Positions 44,278-53,890 of a DNA stretch of 64,000 nt are shown here, piece by piece (within the stretch, counting starts at the first letter, position 1; each line of letters begins with the position of its first letter). The translations under genes were made by a program, and so were the position numbers. The notes below the pieces were generated by a model. The model had not been told where the DNA came from and did not search any database. It saw only the letters and a list, made by a program, of their open reading frames with translations. Source of the stretch: an uncultured bacterium (lineage in GTDB: Bacteria > Acidobacteriota > Thermoanaerobaculia > Multivoradales > J023); contig CALFAM010000153.1 of assembly GCA_937948815.1 (NCBI GenBank), forward strand, positions 2,212-66,211, read 5' to 3'.

Positions 44278-45683
44278 TCGGCCGAGGCTTGAAGATCGCG
44301 CAGACGTTGGGCGATCATGGCGACTTCATCGTCATGAATGGTTCGGGCGTCGAGTGTCAAGGCGTCGTCGACGCGACGCATGACGATGGCGGGGTCGCCG
44401 AGGCGCATTTTGCTCGCCAGCGATTCGATTGACCCTTGGTGCGGTGTCAGTTTCACGCCCCAGCTATCCAGCTCGCGTGTCGGCAGCGCGCCGCTTCCTG
44501 CCTGAGAACGACACGGAACGAGTGCAGAATCGACATGCTCGATTGGCGCGAGCTGCTCCGCCAGGCGAGCTGCGCGCTTCTTGATGGTCGCGGCGTCAGC
44601 GAGCAGATTTCGCAAGGTCGGAATCTCCGCAAGTGCGCGCGATGTTCCTTGCCGGTAGAGGTCGAGTGTGGCTTCCAGGGCCGTGTAGATGAATCGGCTC
44701 GGCCGCATGGCGCGGAACATCTGGTGGTCGCGACAGCGTCCGACGGCTTCGCGACTACCTGCGATGATTCCAGCTTGCGGCCCGCCGAGAAGTTTGTCGC
44801 CGCTGAAGCAAACCAGATCGACGCCTGCTGTGAGGGCTGCTTGTACGGAAGGCTCGTCATGGATTCCATGCTCGGCAAGCTCGATCAAGCTACCCGAGCC
44901 CATGTCATAAACCACGGGCACGCCCAGCGGTCGTGCGATCGCAACCATTTCCTCGAGTGAAACTTCCTTGGTAAAGCCTTGCACGCGATAGTTCGATGTG
45001 TGCACCTTGAGAATCATGCCGGTCTCTTCATTCAGACGGTTGGCATAATCTCGAACATGGGTGCGGTTGGTGGTGCCAACTTCGACCAGGATTGCGCCGC
45101 TCTCGCGCATGATGTCCGGGACTCGGTATGAGCCACCGATCTCGACCAGCTCACCCCTTGACACCAGAACGGGCTTTTCGCGGGTGAGGGCGGCCAAAAT
45201 GATGAGCGTGGCAGCAGCGTTGTTGTTGACGATCGTTGCCGCTTCGCATCCGGTCAGCTCACGAATAAGTGCTGCACAACCTTCGTCGCGACCACCGCGT
45301 TGCCCCGTTTCGAGATCGAGCTCCAGTTTCTGGGAGCGGATCGATAGCTCGGCAACGCGTTTGGCGGCGACGTCAGCAAGCGGGGAACGTCCCAAGCCCG
45401 TGTGCATCACGACGCCGGTCGCATTGATCACATGCCGGTAGTACGGACGTCGGCGCTCGGCTAATCCTTGCTCGAGGGCACTGGCAACGCGATCAACCGC
45501 CAACTCCTCTTCGCAAAGATCGCCGCGGATTCCCCGGGCGCGCAGCTGGTCGAGAATCACACGGGTTTCAGCGACGATCTCGCGGTGTGTGAATGACTCG
45601 GAGAGCTTCTCGATCCTGGGGTGTGCGAGGAGCAGATCAGTCTTCGGAAGTTTTCGAAGCAGCGCGTGAGCGGGGGTATTCAT
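44265..45683 (-). CDS. selA: L-seryl-tRNA(Sec) selenium transferase
   Basis: 472 aa. SelA-typical N-terminus LLRKLPKTDLLL...; the PLP-domain segments NNNAAATLIILAAL and FSGDKLLGGPQAGII contain the PLP lysine context. The gene is divergent from tRNA-Sec. Confidence 0.92.
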   Translation of the reverse strand: MNTPAHALLRKLPKTDLLLAHPRIEKLSESFTHREIVAETRVILDQLRARGIRGDLCEEELAVDRVASALEQGLAERRRPYYRHVINATGVVMHTGLGRSPLADVAAKRVAELSIRSQKLELDLETGQRGGRDEGCAALIRELTGCEAATIVNNNAAATLIILAALTREKPVLVSRGELVEIGGSYRVPDIMRESGAILVEVGTTNRTHVRDYANRLNEETGMILKVHTSNYRVQGFTKEVSLEEMVAIARPLGVPVVYDMGSGSLIELAEHGIHDEPSVQAALTAGVDLVCFSGDKLLGGPQAGIIAGSREAVGRCRDHQMFRAMRPSRFIYTALEATLDLYRQGTSRALAEIPTLRNLLADAATIKKRAARLAEQLAPIEHVDSALVPCRSQAGSGALPTRELDSWGVKLTPHQGSIESLASKMRLGDPAIVMRRVDDALTLDARTIHDDEVAMIAQRLRDLQASADQTD

Positions 45684-45835
45684 GATGGTTGAATTCTAGT
45701 GTAGGGGCCGGAAGCAGGCAATTCGTTTGACTTCCTGTCGAGCAGGAGCTCAGGAATGGTGAGCGAAGCTTCGGTCGATCGCTACGGCGAAGATTTCTGA
45801 TGACGAAAAGTTCTTGTTAATCGGTAGAGATCAGC

Positions 45836-45864
45836 TTGTTGCGTGGTTGTTTTCTCACTATAAT
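45836..45864 (+). promoter_or_regulatory. Candidate sigma70-type promoter of tRNA-Sec
   Basis: TTGTTG (45836-45841), 17-nt spacer, TATAAT (45859-45864). The mature tRNA 5' end lies 10 nt downstream. Confidence 0.55.
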
Positions 45865-45873
45865 GATCAGGAC

Positions 45874-45972
45874 GGAAGCGTCAGAAAGTCGGTGCTTTCC
45901 GCGGTCTTCAAAACCGTTGTCTCGGGCCTCTGCGGTCCGGGGGGTGGGTTCGATTCCCATACGCTTCCGCCA
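45874..45972 (+). tRNA. selC: tRNA-Sec (anticodon UCA)
   Basis: Hand-folded, 99 nt:
- 8-bp acceptor stem GGAAGCGU/ACGCUUCC
- 6-bp D stem GAAAGU/GCUUUC with a 4-nt loop
- anticodon loop CU-UCA-AA
- long variable arm CGGGCC-UCUGC-GGUCCG
- T arm GUGGG-UUCGAUU-CCCAU
- discriminator G and encoded CCA
It is close in layout to E. coli selC. Confidence 0.93.
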
Positions 45973-46196
45973 CGCTCAACTCAAGACAGTTATGGCCGTG
46001 CAGCAGCCCAGTGCCTGCGGGTATTCGAGGCGACCTGTGACTCTCGAGTACTGAAGCTCGAGCTTCACGTCCTTCAACCGACGGCGGCAATGGTGGGGCC
46101 CTTCGGGTTGACGTCGGTTTCAGGGTATGATGGCCCTGTTTCAGGGGGCCATCTGATCGTCTCGGTCAACGCTCGAATCAGCTTGGAGCAGGAATC

Positions 46197-47261
46197 ATGT
46201 CTCTTCTGGGTCGTTTCAAGAAGAATACGCTCACCAGTCTGTCCAAAACCTGCGGTTGAGCGGCCAAACTGAGCCCGGTCGGGCTCGGCGAGCTGCTACA
46301 GAAACTGCCCAAGAACGAGGATGCCAATCTCCTCGTTGGCTTCAGCACCAGCGATGATGCAGCCGTCTATCGGGTGTCCGATACGCTTGCCATGGTCATG
46401 ACCGCGGACATCATCACGCCACCGGTGGATGACCCGGTCATCTTTGGCCAGATTGCCGCCGCCAACTCGCTGAGCGATGTCTATGCGATGGGCGGCCGGC
46501 CGGTGGCATGTCTCAATCTGGTGGGTTTTCCAGCCGACAAGCTCGGGCCGGAAGTCCTGGAAGGCATGATCGCTGGCGCGCTTAGCAAGATCACCGAGGC
46601 CGGCGCAGTCCTGGCGGGCGGACATACGATCGAAGATGACGAACCCAAATTTGGGCTGTCGGTCAACGGTCTCGTTCATCCCGATCAGTACTGGCCGAAC
46701 GCTGGGGCGCGTCCCGGTGACGGGTTGATCCTGACGAAGCCCATTGGCAGCGGCGTGCTCTTCAACGCGAACCTGAAGGGTGGTGTGTCGGATGAAGCGT
46801 TGGCATTTTGCATCGAGACGCTGACGACGCTCAACAAGGTTGCGGCGGAAACCCTGGCGGACTTTGATGTCCATGCCGCGACGGACGTCACCGGTTTTGG
46901 CCTGGCCGGTCACGGTCTCGAGATGGCCAAAGGCTCCGATGTGACGATCCGCCTCGCGGTCGCCGATCTTCCGATCATGCCAGAGGCTCTCGAAGCCTAC
47001 GAAAGTGGCGTCACCACTGGTGTGAATGCAAGCGTGTGGCAGCTCGTCGGCGAGCACCTTACCTTCGAGCGTGACTTCGCCCATGCGCAAAAGGAAATTC
47101 TCGTGGATCCCCAGACGAGCGGCGGACTGCTCGTGTCGATCCCGGGAGATCAGATCGAGGCGGCGCTCGCCGCGCTTCACGAGGCTGGCGTGGCGGCTGC
47201 CGCGAAAGTCGGTGTGGTCGAAGCCAAGACGGCGGACCAGACGTTCTTGGTCGCCTATTGA
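46197..47261 (+). CDS. selD: Selenide, water dikinase (selenophosphate synthetase), Sec-containing form with in-frame UGA at 46257-46259
   Basis: ATG 46197 has GGAG 8 nt upstream. Translation reads MSLLGRFKKNTLTSLSKTCG-U-AAKLSPVGLGELLQKLP, continuing into the tracked ORF (46374-47261) with SDVYAMGGRP and AGGHTIEDDEPKFGLSV. The UGA sits at the position of the catalytic Cys/Sec in the glycine-rich N-terminal loop. Confidence 0.9.
46271..46286 (+). promoter_or_regulatory. Candidate bacterial SECIS hairpin of selD
   Basis: GAGCCC-GGUC-GGGCUC starts 11 nt after the UGA. The GGUC apical loop matches the loop sequence of the E. coli fdhF SECIS as I recall it. Flanking GCC/GGC can extend the stem. 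Confidence 0.6.
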
Positions 47262-47478
47262 GGTCCGAAGATCGTGTTGTGCCGCAAGCACGTATGTGCC
47301 GAGCACAACCGTTGCGACACCAACGGCACGCCCCAGGATCCCGTGTCTTGCGTGGGGATGCGATTGCAATCACTGTGATCGCCGGTCGAGAAACATGCCT
47401 GCCCGCGACAACGCCTGTCCGAACCGGTGGCGCTCGCCACGGGCACGCTTTCCCGTAGGTTGTAAGGAGACAGGAACA

Positions 47479-48393
47479 ATGAAGCTCGGAAGGATGTTGG
47501 TACTGCTGGTCGTTGTGGCGTTCATGGTTGCGTGTGGCGGAGCGGCCGATTCCGGAGCTCCAGCGGAGAGCGACGGTGGTCAAGAGGCGCCGCAGAGCGT
47601 GCTTCGCTTCTCGGCGATTCCAGATCAGAACAGCACGGAGCTGAACGAGAAATTCCAGCCCTTGGCAAGCTACCTCAGCGACAAGCTCGGCGTGCCGGTG
47701 GAGTATGTTTCCTCGCGGGACTACCAGGCTTCGGTCGAGGCGTTCAAGAACGAGGACATTCATCTGGCCTGGTTCGGTGGCTTGACGGGGGTCCAGGCGC
47801 GCAATGCTGTGGCAGGCGCACGGGCGATTGCCCAGGGTGCTGCCGATCCACAGTATTACTCGTACTTCATTGCCTCCAAAGACTCGGGTCTCGAGCGTTC
47901 AGATGAGTTTCCGGAGGCGATCAGCAAGATGACCTTCACCTTCGGATCGGAGAGCTCGACGAGCGGGCGCCTGATGCCGGAGTACTTCATCAAGCAAGCG
48001 ACCGGCAAGACGCCGGGCGAGTTCTTCGATGAGCCTTTTGGCTTCTCCGGTAGCCACGACAAGACGGTGGAGTTGGTCGAGACCGGGCAGTACCAGGCTG
48101 GCGTGGTCAACTACAAGGTCTACAACCGCCGGGTCGAGGAGGGCAAGACCGACCCCGATGCGGCGCGGATCATCTGGCAGACGCCCTACTACGCGGACTA
48201 CAACTGGACCGCTCATCCGAAGCTCGACGAGGTCTTCGGCGCCGGCTTTGTCGATCGCTTGCAGGAGGCCCTGATCGGCATTGAAGATCCGGCGTTGCTT
48301 GCGGCACTGCCCCGTGAGCGCATGATTCCGGCGACCAATGAGGAATTCGAGGGGATTCGCCTGGTGGCGGTCGAACTCGATATGCTGCGCTAA
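47479..48393 (+). CDS. ABC transporter substrate-binding lipoprotein, PhnD (phosphonate/phosphite-binding) family
   Basis: AAGGAGA RBS. Signal peptide plus lipobox MKLGRMLVLLVVVAFMVAC-GG. LRFSAIPDQNSTELNEKFQPLASYLSDKLGVPVEYV and WFGGLTGVQA are PhnD-like. Confidence 0.85.
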   Translation: MKLGRMLVLLVVVAFMVACGGAADSGAPAESDGGQEAPQSVLRFSAIPDQNSTELNEKFQPLASYLSDKLGVPVEYVSSRDYQASVEAFKNEDIHLAWFGGLTGVQARNAVAGARAIAQGAADPQYYSYFIASKDSGLERSDEFPEAISKMTFTFGSESSTSGRLMPEYFIKQATGKTPGEFFDEPFGFSGSHDKTVELVETGQYQAGVVNYKVYNRRVEEGKTDPDAARIIWQTPYYADYNWTAHPKLDEVFGAGFVDRLQEALIGIEDPALLAALPRERMIPATNEEFEGIRLVAVELDMLR

Positions 48394-48536
48394 CGCCTGC
48401 GCCCGAAACCTCTCGGCGAGCGGACGAGTCTCTCGGCGGTTGGCATGCACCGGCCCGCGAGCGGGTAGCCTCAAGTGCGTGCTTGTCGCCGGGAGGGTCA
48501 AGTTTGTTAGACGAGACATCGATCGGAGGGGAGATC

Positions 48537-49322
48537 GTGTCCCGAGAGTGCCAGACCGGAGCCCGATTCGAGCTGCGCGATCTCGAGGTCGACTACGGCT
48601 CGACCCGCGCGCTCGCTGGTGTGTCCCTCCGAGTCGAAGCGGGTGAGCAGATCGCGTTGGTCGGCCCGAGCGGCGCAGGTAAGACGACGCTACTCAGCGT
48701 CCTGAACGCGACGGTCCGCCCGACCGGCGGCACGATCGAGGTGAATGGCGCCGATCTCACGGCCTATTCCGTTCGCGAGCTGCGCCGCGCTCGTTCGGAG
48801 ATCGCCTTCGTCCACCAGGGCCTCAACCTCATCCCCAACATCCGGGTATTGCACAATGTGCTGAGCGGCCGCATGGGTCGCCAGTCCTTTCTCGGCTCGC
48901 TCTTCTCCATGCTGTTTCCTGGCCGCAAGCGGGTGGAGGCAGTGCACGAGATCCTCGACCGCGTTGGCATTCCCGACAAGCTCTACGGTTACACCCATCG
49001 GCTCTCGGGCGGCCAGCAGCAGCGGGTGGCAATTGCCCGCGCGCTCTACCAGAACTGCCGGGCGATTCTGGCCGACGAGCCGGTGGCGAGTGTCGACCCG
49101 GCGCGCGCGCGCGACTTGGTCGTCCTGCTGACATCAATCGCGCGGGAGAATGGGCTGACGCTGGTGATGAGCCTGCACAACCTCGAGCTGGCGCAGCGCT
49201 ACTTTCCTCGCCTGGTCGGGCTGCGCCAAGGTGAGCTGGCCTTCGATGCACCGACGTCCGACGTTTCCAGCGAGCAGCTTCAAGCGCTCTACGATCTCTC
49301 TGCCTCGCAGGTCGTCGCGTGA
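48537..49322 (+). CDS. ABC transporter ATP-binding protein, PhnC-like
   Basis: GTG 48537 follows GGAGGGGAG. Motifs: Walker A GPSGAGKTT, signature LSGGQQQRVAIARAL, Walker B ILADEPVASVD, and the PhnC-type segment VLHNVLSGRMG. Confidence 0.9.
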   Translation: MSRECQTGARFELRDLEVDYGSTRALAGVSLRVEAGEQIALVGPSGAGKTTLLSVLNATVRPTGGTIEVNGADLTAYSVRELRRARSEIAFVHQGLNLIPNIRVLHNVLSGRMGRQSFLGSLFSMLFPGRKRVEAVHEILDRVGIPDKLYGYTHRLSGGQQQRVAIARALYQNCRAILADEPVASVDPARARDLVVLLTSIARENGLTLVMSLHNLELAQRYFPRLVGLRQGELAFDAPTSDVSSEQLQALYDLSASQVVA

Positions 49323-50203
49323 GCCAGGCAGTCGCGGCTCTGTCGCGACCGCGTGGCGGGCGAGGCGTAGCGCTGCTGAGTATCTTGGTCGCCGGCGTGG
49401 TGGCCTTCTTTTCCCTGGGGTTGGATCTTCGCGACCTGATTCCCGACCGGGGCGGCCTGACGGTCCTGGGCAAGTTCTTCTCGCGCGCCCTCAGTCCGGC
49501 GCTGACCTACGAGGCGAGCTTCGTCCCCGAGGGTACACAGCCGCTCCTGCTCAAAGCGATCGGCTCCGTTTTCAAGACCGTTCTCTTCGCTGCGGCTGGC
49601 CTGGGCCTGGCATTGCTACTCGGTGTCGTGCTCGGCTTCTTCGCCTCGAATGCTTGGTGGGTTGGGGACGTTTCGGGCAATCGAAACCCCATCTTCCGCT
49701 GGGTCCGCCGCAGCATGCTGCCGGTGGTCTTCGTCTCCGCGCGGGTGTTGATCGCTGTGATGCGGTCGATTCACGAACTGTTGTGGGCTACGTTGTTCCT
49801 GGCCGCATTCGGTCTCAGCGACACCACTGCCGTGCTCGCGTTGGCGATTCCGTACGGCGGCATGCTCGCCAAGGTCTTCTCCGAGATCGTCGACGAGGCG
49901 CCTCGTGACACGGTGTTGGCGCTCAAGGGGCTGGGCGCGTCGCCGCTTCAGGTCTTTTTCTTCGGCTTGGTCACGCGTGCCGCGCCGGATCTCTTGGCCT
50001 ATCTTTTCTATCGCTTCGAATGCGCGGTGCGCGCGTCCGCGATTCTCGGCTTCTTCGGCTACCCGACCCTCGGCTACTACCTGGCGGCCTCGTTCGAGAA
50101 CCTGCACTATGGCGAGGTGTGGACGTATCTCTACGTGCTCATCGCACTGGTGTCGCTTCTCGACTGGTGGTCGAGTGCTTTTCGGCGGAGCTTGGCCACG
50201 TGA
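49319..50203 (+). CDS. ABC transporter permease, PhnE-like (1 of 2)
   Basis: Multi-TM protein with a BPD-transport type EAA-like loop (ALKGLGASPLQVFFFGLV). Its start overlaps the ATPase stop. Confidence 0.85.
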   Translation: MSQAVAALSRPRGGRGVALLSILVAGVVAFFSLGLDLRDLIPDRGGLTVLGKFFSRALSPALTYEASFVPEGTQPLLLKAIGSVFKTVLFAAAGLGLALLLGVVLGFFASNAWWVGDVSGNRNPIFRWVRRSMLPVVFVSARVLIAVMRSIHELLWATLFLAAFGLSDTTAVLALAIPYGGMLAKVFSEIVDEAPRDTVLALKGLGASPLQVFFFGLVTRAAPDLLAYLFYRFECAVRASAILGFFGYPTLGYYLAASFENLHYGEVWTYLYVLIALVSLLDWWSSAFRRSLAT

Positions 50204-51165
50204 GCACGGATCCGAAGGACACCGGTGGCTCGACCACGACGGCGCCCGGTTCGACCAGGTGGCAGCAGATCACGACTCTGCGCCGTCAGCGGCCACGCCG
50301 ACGATTTGCCACCCGCAGCCTCGCCTTGCTCTTAGCCCTGCTCGTCGGCGCCTGGTTCGTTGGCAATTTCCATCTCGACGATCTCATCGCGACCAAGCGC
50401 ATCGAGAATCTTCGCCGTTTCGCCAACGAAGTGACGCCGTATCCGCTCCAGGGGCAGCCGTTCGATCTCGGCACCGCGCTCACCTGGGCGCACGAGATCA
50501 TGATGGAGAAGGGGTGGTCTGGTGCGGGCAAGACGCTCGCGATCTCGGTGCTGGCGATCGTCCTGGCGGGTTTGTTCAGCAGCACGCTGTCCTTCTTCGG
50601 AACCCGTACGTTGGTCTCCCCCGAGCCGTTCATCACCAGCCTCCGGCCGCCGTCGAAGATACGTGCCGCGGGGTGGCGCGCCGTCGTGGGCTTCACCCGT
50701 GCGACGTTCGTCGTCGCACGATCGATCCCCGCCTATCTCTGGGCCTTCTTGCTGGTGTCGATGCTCGGCCCGACTGCTTGGCCCGCGGTCTTGGCCCTGG
50801 CGCTCCACAACACGGGCATCCTCGGCAAGCTCACGGCGGAGGTCAACGAGAACCTCGACGCCAAGCCTCTCGCGGCGTTGCGTGGCATGGGCGCTTCCCG
50901 TTCACAGATCGCGCTCTTCGGAATGATCCCGCTCACCCTGCCTCGGTTCTTGCTGTTCTTCTTCTACCGGTGGGAAACCTGTGTGCGCCAAGCCACGGTG
51001 CTCGGGATGCTCGGGATCGTCTCGCTGGGCTTTTGGATTCAGGACGCGCGCGCCCGCAACTACTACGACGAGATGGTTCTTCTGATTTTGGCCAGTGTGG
51101 TGCTCGTGCTGGTCGGTGACGTGGTCTCCATCGCTATGCGTGAGCTGATCCGTCGCCGCTCATGA
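50200..51165 (+). CDS. ABC transporter permease, PhnE-like (2 of 2)
   Basis: GTG 50200 overlaps the preceding stop (GTGA). The loop ALRGMGASRSQIALFGMIP is paralogous to the first permease. Confidence 0.85.
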   Translation: MSTDPKDTGGSTTTAPGSTRWQQITTLRRQRPRRRFATRSLALLLALLVGAWFVGNFHLDDLIATKRIENLRRFANEVTPYPLQGQPFDLGTALTWAHEIMMEKGWSGAGKTLAISVLAIVLAGLFSSTLSFFGTRTLVSPEPFITSLRPPSKIRAAGWRAVVGFTRATFVVARSIPAYLWAFLLVSMLGPTAWPAVLALALHNTGILGKLTAEVNENLDAKPLAALRGMGASRSQIALFGMIPLTLPRFLLFFFYRWETCVRQATVLGMLGIVSLGFWIQDARARNYYDEMVLLILASVVLVLVGDVVSIAMRELIRRRS

Positions 51166-51908
51166 GCCGAGAAATCCGCGTCCCGTTTGGCTTCGAGCCC
51201 GATCTTCTCCCCGGAACCCTGATCCGGCGCTACAAGCGCTTCCTCGCCGATGTCCGCTTCCCAGATGGGCATGAGGAGACCGTGCACTGCGCCAATCCGG
51301 GCGCCATGCTTGCCTGTGCCGAACCCGGGCGCCCGGTCCTGGTGTCAGACTCGCAAAACCCCAAGCGCAAGCTGCGCCTGACCCTCGAGATGATCCGCAT
51401 GGGACGGACCTGGGTGGGCGTCAACACGAGTCGGCCCAACCAGGTCGTGGGCGCCCTGCTCGACGCCGGACGCCTGCCCGAGCTCGACGGCTATAGCCAC
51501 GTCGAGCGCGAGGTCACCTGCGCGGACAGCCGTCTCGACTTCCGACTTCGTTCCACGGAAGCGGCTCGGCGGGGCCATCCACCGGCCTGCTGGGTCGAGG
51601 TCAAGAACGCGACCTGGCGGGTTCCCGGAGCGGAGCGCCATGCCGCATTCCCCGATGCGACGACGACGCGGGGGCGCCGCCACCTCGAGTCCCTTGCCGG
51701 GCGCGTTGCCGTGGGAGAGCGCGCCGTGATCCTCTTCCACATCGGGCGCAATGACGTTCGCCGCTTTCGTCCGGCCGACGAGATCGATCCAGCCTATGGC
51801 GAGACGCTACGGCAGGTCGCCGGAGCGGGGGTCGAGGTGCTCGCCTACCGCTTTCGCTACGGCCCAAGCGGCATCTGGCTCATGGGGCGCTTGCCGGTGG
51901 ATCTCTAG
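51162..51908 (+). CDS. sfsA: SfsA family protein (sugar fermentation stimulation protein A homolog)
   Basis: GTLIRRYKRFLADV...HCANPGAM...EVKNATW...FPDATTTRGRRHL is the SfsA signature. ATGA overlaps the permease stop. Confidence 0.9.
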   Translation: MSREIRVPFGFEPDLLPGTLIRRYKRFLADVRFPDGHEETVHCANPGAMLACAEPGRPVLVSDSQNPKRKLRLTLEMIRMGRTWVGVNTSRPNQVVGALLDAGRLPELDGYSHVEREVTCADSRLDFRLRSTEAARRGHPPACWVEVKNATWRVPGAERHAAFPDATTTRGRRHLESLAGRVAVGERAVILFHIGRNDVRRFRPADEIDPAYGETLRQVAGAGVEVLAYRFRYGPSGIWLMGRLPVDL

Positions 51909-52138
51909 GCAGCCCTCCCGACCGGTGACCCGTCACCGCAAGGCTCGGCGGTGCCAGGGCACGTTGCTGTGGATCCGAGTCGGCGAGGGGCGAAAATGCC
52001 GCGAAGCCGAGTTGCCGAGGAGCAGGTTCGGACCGCCCTTCGCCTGGGGCCGCAGAGGCGGTATGCTCGGCCCAACGTACGACCGATTCAGATTGAACGA
52101 CGACCGATACGACGCGCTGCGAGCGCGGTCAGCGAGGA

Positions 52139-53704
<1,566 letters not shown>

Positions 53705-53747
53705 TCTACCCTCCCTTCGAGACGTAGCGGGTTCGCCAACCGCACTG

Positions 53748-53778
53748 GGCCTCACAGCCGAAAGGTTGTGGGGCCTTT
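53748..53778 (+). terminator. Candidate intrinsic terminator after the AbgT gene
   Basis: GGCCUCACAGCC-GAAA-GGUUGUGGGGCC forms a 12-bp stem including 2 G-U pairs, with a GNRA-type loop. It is followed by only a short UUU tract. Confidence 0.5.
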
Positions 53779-53829
53779 GCCCGTGTGGGGCTCCTGCTGG
53801 CCCCGAGTGCCGAATGAAGGATGCACAGG

Positions 53830-53873
53830 AATTGACCGGTCGACCAGTTTTTTAATTGACCGGTCGGCCAGTT
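53830..53873 (+). promoter_or_regulatory. Two tandem 20-bp near-identical boxes (candidate TetR operators) upstream of the TetR-RND operon
   Basis: AATTGACCGGTCGACCAGTT (53830-53849) and AATTGACCGGTCGGCCAGTT (53854-53873) differ at 1 position, are spaced 24 bp apart, and each is partly palindromic around GGTCGACC/ACCGGT. They end 18 nt before ATG 53891. Confidence 0.45.
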
Positions 53874-53890
53874 GACACTAAGCTGGCATC

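Noticed and set aside
44265-45683. Looked for selB (the Sec-specific elongation factor) next to selA, and for further TGA-interrupted genes in the window.
   Set aside because: No GTPase-like ORF is adjacent to selA. Among same-frame adjacent ORF pairs, only the Trx-like gene and selD show a conserved fold continuing across a TGA. selB may lie outside the window.
45814-46272. 152-aa plus-strand ORF covering the selC region and the start of selD.
   Set aside because: It runs straight through the tRNA-Sec gene and its promoter, and terminates inside the real selD N-terminus in another frame. It is an artefact of ORF calling.
53872-53877. Perfect TTGACA hexamer considered as the -35 element for the TetR gene.
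   Set aside because: It lies only 13 nt from the annotated ATG, which leaves no room for a spacer, a -10 element and a leader. It is more likely part of the operator repeat, or the promoter lies elsewhere.
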